Positions 55,587 to 64,000 of a DNA stretch of 64,000 nt are shown here, in pieces. The notes beneath the pieces were generated by a model. The model was not told where the DNA came from. It searched no databases and saw nothing but the letters and a program-made list of their open reading frames with translations. The stretch is from Thermoprotei archaeon (GTDB lineage: Archaea; Thermoproteota; Thermoprotei; Gearchaeales; Gearchaeaceae), in NCBI GenBank assembly GCA_017857595.1, contig JAFMCU010000003.1, forward strand, positions 7,403 to 71,402, read 5' to 3'. Position 1 is the stretch's first letter; every line of letters starts with the position of its first letter. The position numbers were made by a program, and so were the translations under genes.

Positions 55587-56519
55587 CTATTTCTTAAGAT
55601 TCTCTTTTATTTTTCTAGTAAATATCGGTAAAAATTGATATAGGTCTGCAACAACTCCATAATCAGCGTACTTGAATATGGTTGCATTTTTATCTTTATT
55701 TATTGCTACTATTATTTTAGAATCCATTATTCCTGAAACGTGTTGAGGGGCACCTGAAATACCTACAGCAATATAGAGCTTTGGTCTTATTATTTTTGAT
55801 GATATACCTATCCAAAGGTCATTAGGTAACCAGCCATAATCCGCTGCGATTGGTCTTGAGCAGCCTATTACACCGTTTAAAACTTCAGCTAAATCTTGCG
55901 CCAATTTGATATCTTCTTTACTTTTAAATCCTCTACCTATTCCTACTACCACGTCAGCATTTTCGATATTAAATCCGCTTTTTTTAATTTCTTCAAAACC
56001 TTTTGATGTAATCTTTGTCTTTTCAATCTCTGTAATTTCCTTTATGAGAGATTGCTTATCTAATTTTATTCTAGGGTAAACTTTTATTGGAACTGTTACC
56101 GAAAGCTTTAAACTTTTTTCAACTTCTATGTATGATATTCCTCTTCCTCCTAAAACTTGCCTAGAAAATATTAGGGTAGCATCATTATCCTTAATTGAAG
56201 TAGCATTTGAAATCATTGGCAAGTTATACTTTGCACTTACATAAGCAATTATATCGTTATTATTTACAGTATGCGGTGAAACTAAATATTGAATCTCATT
56301 CTCTTTATAGAATTTAATTAGGAACTTGGCCCATTGCTCAGGTATTAAATTTTCCTTTGCAAAATGAATTTCGTCAAAATTACTTAGAACATCATTATCT
56401 TCAGTTAATTTTGAGACACCAAAAATTTTTCCTTCATTGCCTTTTAATATGTTTGCTATGTATACTGCTTCGTTGATTACTCTAGGATCTTCAGAAAATA
56501 CTAAAATGTTTCTTTTCAT
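55587..56519 (-). CDS. etfA: Electron transfer flavoprotein alpha subunit (second, unfused copy)
   Basis: PKLYIAVGISGAPQHVSGIMDSKIIVAINKDKNATIF signature; 310 aa. Confidence 0.8.
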   Translation of the reverse strand: MKRNILVFSEDPRVINEAVYIANILKGNEGKIFGVSKLTEDNDVLSNFDEIHFAKENLIPEQWAKFLIKFYKENEIQYLVSPHTVNNNDIIAYVSAKYNLPMISNATSIKDNDATLIFSRQVLGGRGISYIEVEKSLKLSVTVPIKVYPRIKLDKQSLIKEITEIEKTKITSKGFEEIKKSGFNIENADVVVGIGRGFKSKEDIKLAQDLAEVLNGVIGCSRPIAADYGWLPNDLWIGISSKIIRPKLYIAVGISGAPQHVSGIMDSKIIVAINKDKNATIFKYADYGVVADLYQFLPIFTRKIKENLKK

Positions 56520-57322
56520 GCTTTAATCACACCTTCTTGAATCAAATTATCTACAAGCTTTTGCGCGATCTCTTCTAAATTGCCACCCTCATATATGATG
56601 TTCTTTCTCACAACAGGTCTAATTTCTATTCTTTGTTTCATTAGTTTAGCATTTAAATTGATTCCTAAATCCTTCAAAGTATATTTCATCAATGGCTTAT
56701 TCTTAGATTGCAAAATTTGTCTTAAAGTTGGTAATCTTGGTTGATTTATTTCTCCTGTAACGCTAATTACAGCAGGCATAGGTACTTCAACAGTTTCAAT
56801 TCCATTTGGCATTTCTCTTTGTAGTATTAAATTATTTCCACTAATTTCCACTTTTCTCACATAAGTTACAAATGGAATATCTAAAATTGAAGCAATCCTA
56901 GCAGGAATTTGAGAATTGGAAATATCCATAGAAGATTCTCCAGCAATAAATAAATCAAAATTTCCAAGCTTTCTTATTAAGCTTGCTAACGCTAAAGAAG
57001 TTTCCAAGGGAGTGCAATTATCTAAAACGTCATCTATAATAAAGTGGGCTTCATCGACACCTAAAGCAAGAACTTCTCTTAAAATTCTTTCGGCATCTGA
57101 TATTTTTTTGTTGACAGGCCCCCATGTTAAAGCAGAGACGCAAACAATTTTACCACCATGTTTTTCTTTTATCCTTATTGCTTCTTCAATCGCATTCTTA
57201 TCATATTCGCTTATAGCAAGTTGTGTATCAGCTGTATTGACTCTTCCGTCAGATTCGATTTTTAGAAGATTTAAGTTCAAAGATAATTTTACCAACGTCG
57301 CTATATTAACCATAAATAACAA
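56516..57322 (-). CDS. etfB: Electron transfer flavoprotein beta subunit (second copy)
   Basis: 268 aa; EtfB-like N-terminal fold; overlaps etfA start by 4 nt. Confidence 0.75.
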   Translation of the reverse strand: MLFMVNIATLVKLSLNLNLLKIESDGRVNTADTQLAISEYDKNAIEEAIRIKEKHGGKIVCVSALTWGPVNKKISDAERILREVLALGVDEAHFIIDDVLDNCTPLETSLALASLIRKLGNFDLFIAGESSMDISNSQIPARIASILDIPFVTYVRKVEISGNNLILQREMPNGIETVEVPMPAVISVTGEINQPRLPTLRQILQSKNKPLMKYTLKDLGINLNAKLMKQRIEIRPVVRKNIIYEGGNLEEIAQKLVDNLIQEGVIKA

Positions 57323-57363
57323 TTAATTTTATGAAATATAATTAATTAATCTATAAGGATATC

Positions 57364-58569
57364 ATGAAAGAAATTTCTAAAGTTTTCAATAAAGGTTCTG
57401 TATTATTGGTTAGAGGTCCAGCCTCGATTAAAGTTATTAAAGGGAAAGTAAGCTGTCTCTCAAATTTTATATCATATTCACCTGTGATTGTGAGAAAATG
57501 GAAAGTTTTACCTCTTGAATGTGAAGATGATATATGTGAAGTTTCTATTTTAGCTTCCGACAACTCTTACGTTGAAGTTGCCAGCTCAAATTATGGGACA
57601 TATATTTGGAAACATTATGTCGAAAATATATTAGAAAATTTAGGAGGAAAATATAAAAAGATTGTAATCATAGGTGCAACTGATGCAGGAAAGTCAACGT
57701 TTTCTGTGTATTTAATTAATCTTGCATTAAGTAAAAATCTCCTACCTGGAATAATAGATGCTGACGTAGGTCAAAGTGATCTTACACCACCTTCATTCAT
57801 AGGATGTAAAAAGATTAAAAAGCAAATTTTCGACCTTAGAGATGAGAAGGCAGATTACACGTTAGCTATAGGAGTTATCGACTCATTTCATTTTAATGAT
57901 TTAATTATAAATGTAATAAAGAAAGAAATTGAATTACTACAAGATGCAAATATAATTATCATAAATACGGATGGATTTGTTGTTGATAAAGGTTTAGAGA
58001 ATAAGATATCTTTAATAAATCAAATTAATCCTGATTTAATTTTTATACTAGGCAATACTGAATTGTTTTCAAAAATTATTGAACTTTACAAAGAAAAATG
58101 TATGATTTTACCTAGGTGTGATATAATCAGAGATAGAAATGAAAGAGCAGAAAGAAGAGAAATACAATATCAAAAATATTTGATAGATTCAAAGAAAAAA
58201 ATTATTAACTTAACTAACTTAAAGATTGGACTTTTTGGTAGAATCTATGAGAAAACTTTAGTTGAGAAAGATACAGTTACAATGTTTAGTAAAGATAATT
58301 ACGCTTTAAAGATTTTTCCAAGTAAGTATGAGATGTTTATTATAAATTCGATGGAAAAAACCACCTTCATAACAAATGAATCATTGAGGGGTATGTTCGT
58401 AGGATTATCTGAAGATGAATTTATTATAGGATTTGGTGTAATAGAATCGTTCAATGGAAGTAAAATAAGAATTTTAACAAATTTTGATGGTAAATTTGAT
58501 TGTATTTGGTTAACTACAATACGAATTACAAAAACGGGCGAACAGAAAATAAGCTTAAGATTTATTTAA
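57364..58569 (+). CDS. Clp1/Grc3-family polynucleotide 5'-kinase
   Basis: IVIIGATDAGKSTFS (P-loop), IIDADVGQS, and a Walker-B-like IINTDG; 401 aa. Confidence 0.6.
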   Translation: MKEISKVFNKGSVLLVRGPASIKVIKGKVSCLSNFISYSPVIVRKWKVLPLECEDDICEVSILASDNSYVEVASSNYGTYIWKHYVENILENLGGKYKKIVIIGATDAGKSTFSVYLINLALSKNLLPGIIDADVGQSDLTPPSFIGCKKIKKQIFDLRDEKADYTLAIGVIDSFHFNDLIINVIKKEIELLQDANIIIINTDGFVVDKGLENKISLINQINPDLIFILGNTELFSKIIELYKEKCMILPRCDIIRDRNERAERREIQYQKYLIDSKKKIINLTNLKIGLFGRIYEKTLVEKDTVTMFSKDNYALKIFPSKYEMFIINSMEKTTFITNESLRGMFVGLSEDEFIIGFGVIESFNGSKIRILTNFDGKFDCIWLTTIRITKTGEQKISLRFI

Positions 58570-59314
58570 AATTAAATATTTCTTGTGCGTTTTTTGTTGT
58601 TGCATTAATAACTTCATTAATAGGTATTTTTTTAATTTCAGCTATTTTGGCTGCAGATATTACGATGTTAGAAGGAGTATTAATTATATCTTTTGTCGGT
58701 CCTAATACAGGGGCATCGCTCTCTAGTAGAATTTTATCCAAAGGTAGATGTTTAGCCATTTTTTGTTTCTGTTCAGATCTAACTATTGAAGGAGGGATAG
58801 AAAAATAGAAACCTTTTTTGACTCCTTCAATTGCATAACCTACTGAACCATCAAATGCATGCATTATAACTCTTTTAGCTCCTTCTTCTGTTAATATTTT
58901 AATAGCATATTTTCCAGCACTTCTAGAATGAACTACTATTGGCATATTTAGTTCATTAGAAAAACTAATCCAATTTTTGAATATCGTTTCTTGTTTCTTT
59001 TTTTCTTCTTCTTTTATAAATATAAAATAATCTAATCCAACTTCGCCTATTCCAATTATTTTATTAATTCTTCTTCTTATTTCCATCATAAACTCATTTA
59101 CTTTATCTAAATCTAAAATTGTATAATCTAAGCTTGCTGTACAAAATATTAAACTTGGATATTTTTCCATGATTAGAAAGGTTTTTTCTAATGAATCGAT
59201 ATTTAATGCTGATGAAACAATCTTTGTAACTCCTACCTTAACAGCGTTGGATATTATTTCATCTCTATTTGAATCAAACTCTTTTGCATCAATATGACAA
59301 TGTACATCTATCAT
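58562..59314 (-). CDS. tatD: TatD-family metal-dependent deoxyribonuclease/hydrolase
   Basis: MIDVHCHID, GEVGLDY, VVHSRSA, HAFDGS, ESDAP motifs. Confidence 0.75.
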   Translation of the reverse strand: MIDVHCHIDAKEFDSNRDEIISNAVKVGVTKIVSSALNIDSLEKTFLIMEKYPSLIFCTASLDYTILDLDKVNEFMMEIRRRINKIIGIGEVGLDYFIFIKEEEKKKQETIFKNWISFSNELNMPIVVHSRSAGKYAIKILTEEGAKRVIMHAFDGSVGYAIEGVKKGFYFSIPPSIVRSEQKQKMAKHLPLDKILLESDAPVLGPTKDIINTPSNIVISAAKIAEIKKIPINEVINATTKNAQEIFNFK

Positions 59315-59341
59315 GATATGAGAATGTTTTTTTTATTAAAA

Positions 59342-60322
59342 TTAATAACTCACTTTATAATTTTTCAAGGACTGTCTAATTTCGTTTAATTCTTTTTCTC
59401 TTATGTTTCTCCTTATATTTGCTTCTTCCCATTCTTTAATTTCTGCTTCTGATTTTGGAGTATATTCAGGTAATTTTGTAGGCTTGCCATTTTTATCGAT
59501 GTTAACAAAAACAGTATGTACGGTACAAACATGTCTCTTTATGTTTTCAAAAGGAGTTTCTGCTATAATCTTAACCTTTATTTCCATCGAGCTTTTCCAA
59601 ACTCCTGTTATTGCTGCATCTAAAGTTATAATATCACCTATTCTTATAGGAGAATAAAATTCCATTTTTTCTAAACTACCAGTAACGCATATTCCATTGG
59701 AATATTTAGAAGCCAATATGCTAGCTATTTCATCTATATACATTAGCAATTTTCCTGCAAACATAAGGTTTCCTTGAAAAGCATCTTCCGGCATTGCTAA
59801 TCTGTATGTTGTTAATCTCCAGCTAAATTCATCCAAAAGTTTAATATCATTAACCTTGATTTTTCTGTCTGCTATTCTTTCATTCCTTACTTCTTTTCTT
59901 TGTTTTGCTTTCAAATATATATCATTTTCATCATTATCAGGCTCTATTTTTTCATCAAGTTCTCTTGGTCTTCCTTGATAATCTACAGCTACAAATGACA
60001 TGTAAGCTTTTGTAGCATGCTTTATAATTTTTGTGGCTGATTCTTCAAGTTGCACGTCAACAGATACTTCCATAGAACTTCTGCTTATATATTCGACTTG
60101 AGCACTCAAAATTACATTATGGCCAAGTTTAACTGGTTCTAAGAAATATATGCTGTCAAGCGAACCGAGAACTGTAAATCCTTTAGATACTTTAGTGGCA
60201 GCAATGGTACCTACTAAAACGATCCAATTCATCATTCTACCTCCATATAATGTTCCAATTGGATTTGCGTATTCAGGTAAAACATAATATGTAGTTAAAA
60301 TTTTTGTATCCTTTATTCTCAT
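59342..60322 (-). CDS. Tandem hot-dog acyl-CoA thioesterase (4HBT family, double domain)
   Basis: Two repeats of the acyl-CoA hydrolase motif (ANPIGTLYGGRMMNWI... and QGNLMFAGKLLMYIDEIASI...); 326 aa. Confidence 0.55.
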   Translation of the reverse strand: MRIKDTKILTTYYVLPEYANPIGTLYGGRMMNWIVLVGTIAATKVSKGFTVLGSLDSIYFLEPVKLGHNVILSAQVEYISRSSMEVSVDVQLEESATKIIKHATKAYMSFVAVDYQGRPRELDEKIEPDNDENDIYLKAKQRKEVRNERIADRKIKVNDIKLLDEFSWRLTTYRLAMPEDAFQGNLMFAGKLLMYIDEIASILASKYSNGICVTGSLEKMEFYSPIRIGDIITLDAAITGVWKSSMEIKVKIIAETPFENIKRHVCTVHTVFVNIDKNGKPTKLPEYTPKSEAEIKEWEEANIRRNIREKELNEIRQSLKNYKVSY

Positions 60323-60449
60323 ATAGTAGTTTTACTTATTTTTACCGACTAATATGCTTTATGAAAAAGATTTGAATAAGACTTTATTTTTCATTAAATA
60401 CTGTTTAATTGTTGTATAAAAATGTTTGTTAAATTATAGATATAATTAA

Positions 60450-60504
60450 TTGACAAATTTTCTATTAAAGAGCACTTTTTCTAATTTAGAAAATAATTTG
60501 TCAA
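60450..60504. promoter_or_regulatory. Inverted repeat TTGACAAATT ... AATTTGTCAA (10-bp perfect arms, about 35-nt spacer) upstream of glnA
   Basis: Arms at 60450-60459 and 60495-60504; 80-135 nt upstream of the glnA ATG, in a divergent promoter region. Confidence 0.4.
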
Positions 60505-60583
60505 CATAACCAAGATTATATTAAAAATTTTTTTAAAATATTATCAATAAAAGTTTATATATTTAATTATTACTAAGAAAAAT

Positions 60584-61999
60584 ATGAATGAATTTATTGA
60601 GAATGCTTTAAAACTTCTAAAAGAAAACGACGTCGATTGGGTTGATCTACATTTTACTGATTTGCCAGGAAGATTGCATCATATAACTGTAAGAGCAAAG
60701 GAATTCAATGAAGATAGCTTCAAGAACGGATTTGGTAAGCTAGATGGTAGCAGTATTAGAGGGTTTACAAATATATATGAGAGTGACCTTGTTTTAGTTC
60801 CAATACCTGAAACCATGACTTTAGTTCCTTGGTCGCAAAAAATGGCAAGAGTAATATGTAAAGTTTTTTGGGGAGGTGATAAGGGAAGGTTTGAAAGGGA
60901 TCCAAGATTGTTTGCTGAAAATACAGAAGAATACTTAAATAATCAAGGTTATTTAACATTCTATGGTCCAGAACTTGAATTTTTCATATTTGATAAAGTA
61001 GAATTGGACATAACATCTCCTCAAGGAGGAACCGGTTATAAAATTTATTCTCGTGAAGCACCTTGGTCTAAAAATGGTTCTTATTTGATTAGATATAAAG
61101 AAGGTTATTATCCTGTTCCACCAATAGACCAGTTAATGGATGTAAGGGTTGAAGCAATAGATGTATTATCTAAGAATTTTGGATTTTTAATAGAAACTAC
61201 TCATCATGAAGTTGCAACTGCTGGTCAAGGGGAAATAGATTTCAGATACTCTACACTTGTTGATACTGCAGATAAAGTTCAAACGTTGAAATATGTAGTA
61301 AAAAATGTCGCATCAAAAAGAGGTATGGTTGCGACGTTTATGCCAAAGCCTTTATACGGAGATAATGGTACAGGAATGCATGTCCATATTAGCTTTTGGA
61401 CTAAAGATGGGATGAAGAATTTAATGTATGATCCCAATGAAGATTACGCAGAAATAAGCCAAATTGGTAGATATGCAATAGGTGGTCTTCTCGAGCATGC
61501 TAGATCTTTATCGGCTATAGTATCCCCTACAACAAATAGTTATCGAAGACTTGTACCTGGATTTGAAGCACCTGTTTATCTTGTTTGGAGTAAATCAAAT
61601 AGAAGTTCAATTATTCGAGTTCCTGCATATTATAAAGGTATGGAAAAATCTAAGAGAATTGAATATAGGGCTCCAGATGCAGCTTGTAATCCATATCTTG
61701 CATTTGCTGCTATATCATTAGCTGCTTTAGATGGCATAAATAAAAAAATAGATCCTGGAGACCCGGTTGATGATAATGTTTATCATTTATCACCAGAAAA
61801 AAGAAAGCAATTAAAAATAAGAGAGCTTCCCAGATCTTTAGATGAAGCTTTAGATGAATTAGAAACTGATAATGAATATTTAAAGCCAATATTTAATTCT
61901 TCTATTCTCGATACTTATATAGAAATTAAAAGGGAAGAAGCAAAATCTATACAACAATATCCTCATCCCATGGAGATTTATTATTATTTAGATATATAA
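60584..61999 (+). CDS. glnA: Glutamine synthetase type I
   Basis: [35 protein letters not shown] signatures; 471 aa; TATA-like tttatata about 30 nt upstream. Confidence 0.9.
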   Translation: MNEFIENALKLLKENDVDWVDLHFTDLPGRLHHITVRAKEFNEDSFKNGFGKLDGSSIRGFTNIYESDLVLVPIPETMTLVPWSQKMARVICKVFWGGDKGRFERDPRLFAENTEEYLNNQGYLTFYGPELEFFIFDKVELDITSPQGGTGYKIYSREAPWSKNGSYLIRYKEGYYPVPPIDQLMDVRVEAIDVLSKNFGFLIETTHHEVATAGQGEIDFRYSTLVDTADKVQTLKYVVKNVASKRGMVATFMPKPLYGDNGTGMHVHISFWTKDGMKNLMYDPNEDYAEISQIGRYAIGGLLEHARSLSAIVSPTTNSYRRLVPGFEAPVYLVWSKSNRSSIIRVPAYYKGMEKSKRIEYRAPDAACNPYLAFAAISLAALDGINKKIDPGDPVDDNVYHLSPEKRKQLKIRELPRSLDEALDELETDNEYLKPIFNSSILDTYIEIKREEAKSIQQYPHPMEIYYYLDI

Positions 62000-62292
62000 T
62001 TAAGCCTAGATATTTTTCTATTTATTCCAAATAATTCTTTAACTATATCAAAAGATTTTCCGATTTTTATGATATCGTAAATTAGTAATCCCGCTCCTAT
62101 GAAATCTGTTATATGAGTTGGGTCTGGTATAGCAAGTAAAGCAATTGCCAGTTTCCTAATTTTTAGACTTTTTAAAAAATAATCGTCTCTTAATTTAATA
62201 CTTTCATCAATTTTCTTTAAATCAAATGCGAGAGAACGATAATAGTTTTTATATTCATTTAGAAGCCAGTTTACTTTTTTAAAGTTATTCAT
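61984..62292 (-). CDS. Hypothetical protein (102 aa)
   Basis: Same strand as, and downstream of, the DUF59 and Mrp genes; no motif recognised; overlaps glnA 3' end by 16 nt. Confidence 0.25.
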   Translation of the reverse strand: MNNFKKVNWLLNEYKNYYRSLAFDLKKIDESIKLRDDYFLKSLKIRKLAIALLAIPDPTHITDFIGAGLLIYDIIKIGKSFDIVKELFGINRKISRLNYISK

Positions 62293-62409
62293 TCAATTAT
62301 TATATTGATTATTTAAAAAACGAATAAAAAATACTATTTTTTGTATTACATAGATAATACGTTCATGAAAGCTTATAATCAATTAGATGTTTGGTATCTA
62401 GATTTTAGT

Positions 62410-62709
62410 TCAACCTATACCTAAGATTGCTTTAGCTTCCTCAGACATCATTTCCGGTGTCCATCTTGGTTCCCATACAAGGTCAATTTGTACGTCTTTT
62501 ACACCTGGTAATTTAAGTACTTCAGTTCTAACCTGGTCTAATACAAAAGGTCCAGTTGGACAAAATGGAGTTGTGAAAGTCATTTTAATGTAAACTTTAT
62601 CTTCTTCAATTTTGATATCATAAATTAATCCTAAATCAACTATATTTACAGGTATTTCAGGGTCATAGCAATTCTTTAAAGCATTTAAAACTTCTTCTTT
62701 AGTTACCAT
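62410..62709 (-). CDS. DUF59 (MIP18/SufT-like) Fe-S cluster assembly domain protein
   Basis: EEVLNALKNCYDPEIPVNIVDLGLIY, the DUF59 signature; 99 aa. Confidence 0.65.
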   Translation of the reverse strand: MVTKEEVLNALKNCYDPEIPVNIVDLGLIYDIKIEEDKVYIKMTFTTPFCPTGPFVLDQVRTEVLKLPGVKDVQIDLVWEPRWTPEMMSEEAKAILGIG

Positions 62710-62734
62710 TTCTTTGTTTAAACTATTTTACTAT

Positions 62735-63808
62735 TTATATATTTTTTACGTCTTGTTTTGCATATTTGCTTAACGCTATAACGCTTATACGTGCAGCAAC
62801 TTTCTTTGCAATTTCATAATAACATCTGCTGGCTTCATTATGACTTATATCTATTGTTATAGGTTGTCCTTCATCTGATCTTTCTCTTATAAATGAATCT
62901 AGTGGTATTTCTCCTAAAAAAGGCATATTAAGTTTCTCAGCAATTGCTTTACCTCCACCATACCCAAAAATCTCTGATCTTTTACCGCAGTGAGGACAAA
63001 TAAAGTAACTCATATTTTCTATTATGCCGATGATATTAGTATTCAACTTTTTAAACATTTGTAATGATTTGGTTGCTATTGTATATGATGTAGGTTGAGG
63101 AGTTGTTACAATAATAACTCCAGCTAATGGTAAAGTTTGTGCGAGCGTTAGTGGAATATCTCCTGTTCCAGGAGGTAAATCTACAATAAGATAATCCAAA
63201 TCTCCCCATTCAACTTCAGTTATTAATTGCTTTAAAACATTAGATATTATTGGCCCTCTCCAGATAAGAGGCGTATCTTCTGTAATAAAAAAACCTACAG
63301 AGATAACCTTTACATTATGTACTTCAGGCGGGTATATTTTTTTACCATCAGTTTTTGGTGGCTCTTTAACGCCCATAATTCTTGGTACACTTGGACCATA
63401 GATATCACCATCTAATAAGCCAACCTTTGCGCCTAAATTTGCTAATGCAATTGCTAGATTGCATGCAACAGTTGTTTTACCGACACCTCCTTTTCCGCTC
63501 GCTATAGCTATGACATTTTTTACTGTAGGCAAAATATCTTCAGGCATTATAATTCTAGAAGGATTAACCTTTGCACCTACTTTAACTTCAATTTTTCCAA
63601 TTTCTTTTAATTCAGATAAAGATGCCTTAACTCTAGCTTCCACCTCATCCTTCAAAGGACAAGCAGGGGTTGTTAAATCAACATATACAGTAACATCGTT
63701 ACCTTTAATTTCAACCTTTCTTACCATGCCCAATCTTACAATACTTGCACCTAGTTCAGGATCTTTAACTTTAGATAAAGCATCCATTACTTCTTTTTCA
63801 TCAACCAT
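62735..63808 (-). CDS. apbC: Mrp/NBP35 (ApbC) Fe-S cluster carrier ATPase with N-terminal DUF59 domain
   Basis: N-terminal DUF59 (VKDPELGASIVRLGMV); deviant Walker A IAIASGKGGVGKTT; CPHCG cluster-ligand motif; 357 aa. Confidence 0.85.
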   Translation of the reverse strand: MVDEKEVMDALSKVKDPELGASIVRLGMVRKVEIKGNDVTVYVDLTTPACPLKDEVEARVKASLSELKEIGKIEVKVGAKVNPSRIIMPEDILPTVKNVIAIASGKGGVGKTTVACNLAIALANLGAKVGLLDGDIYGPSVPRIMGVKEPPKTDGKKIYPPEVHNVKVISVGFFITEDTPLIWRGPIISNVLKQLITEVEWGDLDYLIVDLPPGTGDIPLTLAQTLPLAGVIIVTTPQPTSYTIATKSLQMFKKLNTNIIGIIENMSYFICPHCGKRSEIFGYGGGKAIAEKLNMPFLGEIPLDSFIRERSDEGQPITIDISHNEASRCYYEIAKKVAARISVIALSKYAKQDVKNI

Positions 63809-63858
63809 ACAAAACTCATGTAATCAATAACGTATTTAAAAGTTAAACTAATGAAAAA

Positions 63859-64000
63859 TTAAAAGAAATCTGGTAAATTTATCTTTTTATTTTTTATTTC
63901 ATTATATATTGAAAGAATCGTTTTAAAATCCTTTAATAAGGCATCTTTCATCTTTGGATTATATAAAGCTACTGCAGGATGATATGTTGGAAAATAAATT
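63859..64000 (-). CDS. udg: Uracil-DNA glycosylase family 4, C-terminal end (CDS begins beyond window end)
   Basis: Minus-strand frame reads ...FPTYHPAVALYNPKMKDALLKDFKTILSIYNEIKNKKINLPDFF*, with stop at 63859-63861. HPA/S..L(Y/R)NP is the conserved C-terminal motif of thermostable family-4 UDGs. Confidence 0.45.
   Translation of the reverse strand, partial: IYFPTYHPAVALYNPKMKDALLKDFKTILSIYNEIKNKKINLPDFF

Noticed and set aside
62371-62384. Third copy of the AAGCTTAT-type motif (tgaaagcttataat) downstream of glnA
   Set aside because: It matches only 9/10 of the TATAAGCTTA core and has no flanking AATGTTA. It is probably a chance HindIII-site-containing sequence.
1-64000. CRISPR arrays, rRNA/tRNA genes, IS elements
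   Set aside because: No spaced direct-repeat arrays, no GC-rich structured-RNA-like islands in the (uniformly AT-rich, short) intergenic regions, and no transposase-like ORFs were seen.

Overview
This 64 kb window looks like a densely coded stretch of an archaeal chromosome with about 30-33% GC. It is probably from a thermophile, because the left edge carries a reverse-gyrase N-terminus. The archaeal assignment rests on XPB-Bax1, Clp1, PyrI, MptE-like and RFAP-synthase-like genes, a complex I without NuoEFG, heavy AGA/AGG arginine codon use, and TATA boxes about 25-30 nt upstream of start codons. I found no rRNA, no tRNA and no CRISPR array.

The clearly assignable content is mostly central metabolism and DNA repair:
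- A pyrimidine operon, pyrF-pyrE-pyrB-pyrI-pyrC.
- A FixABCX-type electron-transfer flavoprotein module with a fused EtfB-EtfA, plus a second unfused EtfAB pair.
- Succinate dehydrogenase sdhABCD with classical membrane anchors, transcribed divergently from a complex I operon nuoABCDHIJK plus a single antiporter-like subunit.
- Malate dehydrogenase and glutamine synthetase.
- A pterin (methanopterin or modified-folate type) biosynthesis cluster.
- XPB-Bax1, Clp1, TatD, EndoV, XerA, and the Mrp/DUF59 Fe-S assembly pair.

The regions most worth a second look are:
1. Around 46.9-50.4 kb, a standalone Topo VI-A/Spo11-like protein (Mini-A-like, no B subunit nearby) sits next to a tandem-duplicated ThyX-like protein whose two halves have complementary degeneration of the active-site motifs. 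The same stretch holds a small Hjc-like PD-(D/E)xK protein and a C9 homopolymer tract.
2. An ArsR - DsrE - TusA - cysteine-synthase-like - MerA (C-terminal CC) operon, with an 18-bp perfect palindrome and a shared TATAAGCTTA motif in the promoters on both sides of arsR.
3. An APH-like kinase translationally coupled to an APS kinase.
4. A 10-bp perfect inverted repeat upstream of glnA.

All calls come from reading motifs in the translated ORFs. No database searches were possible.
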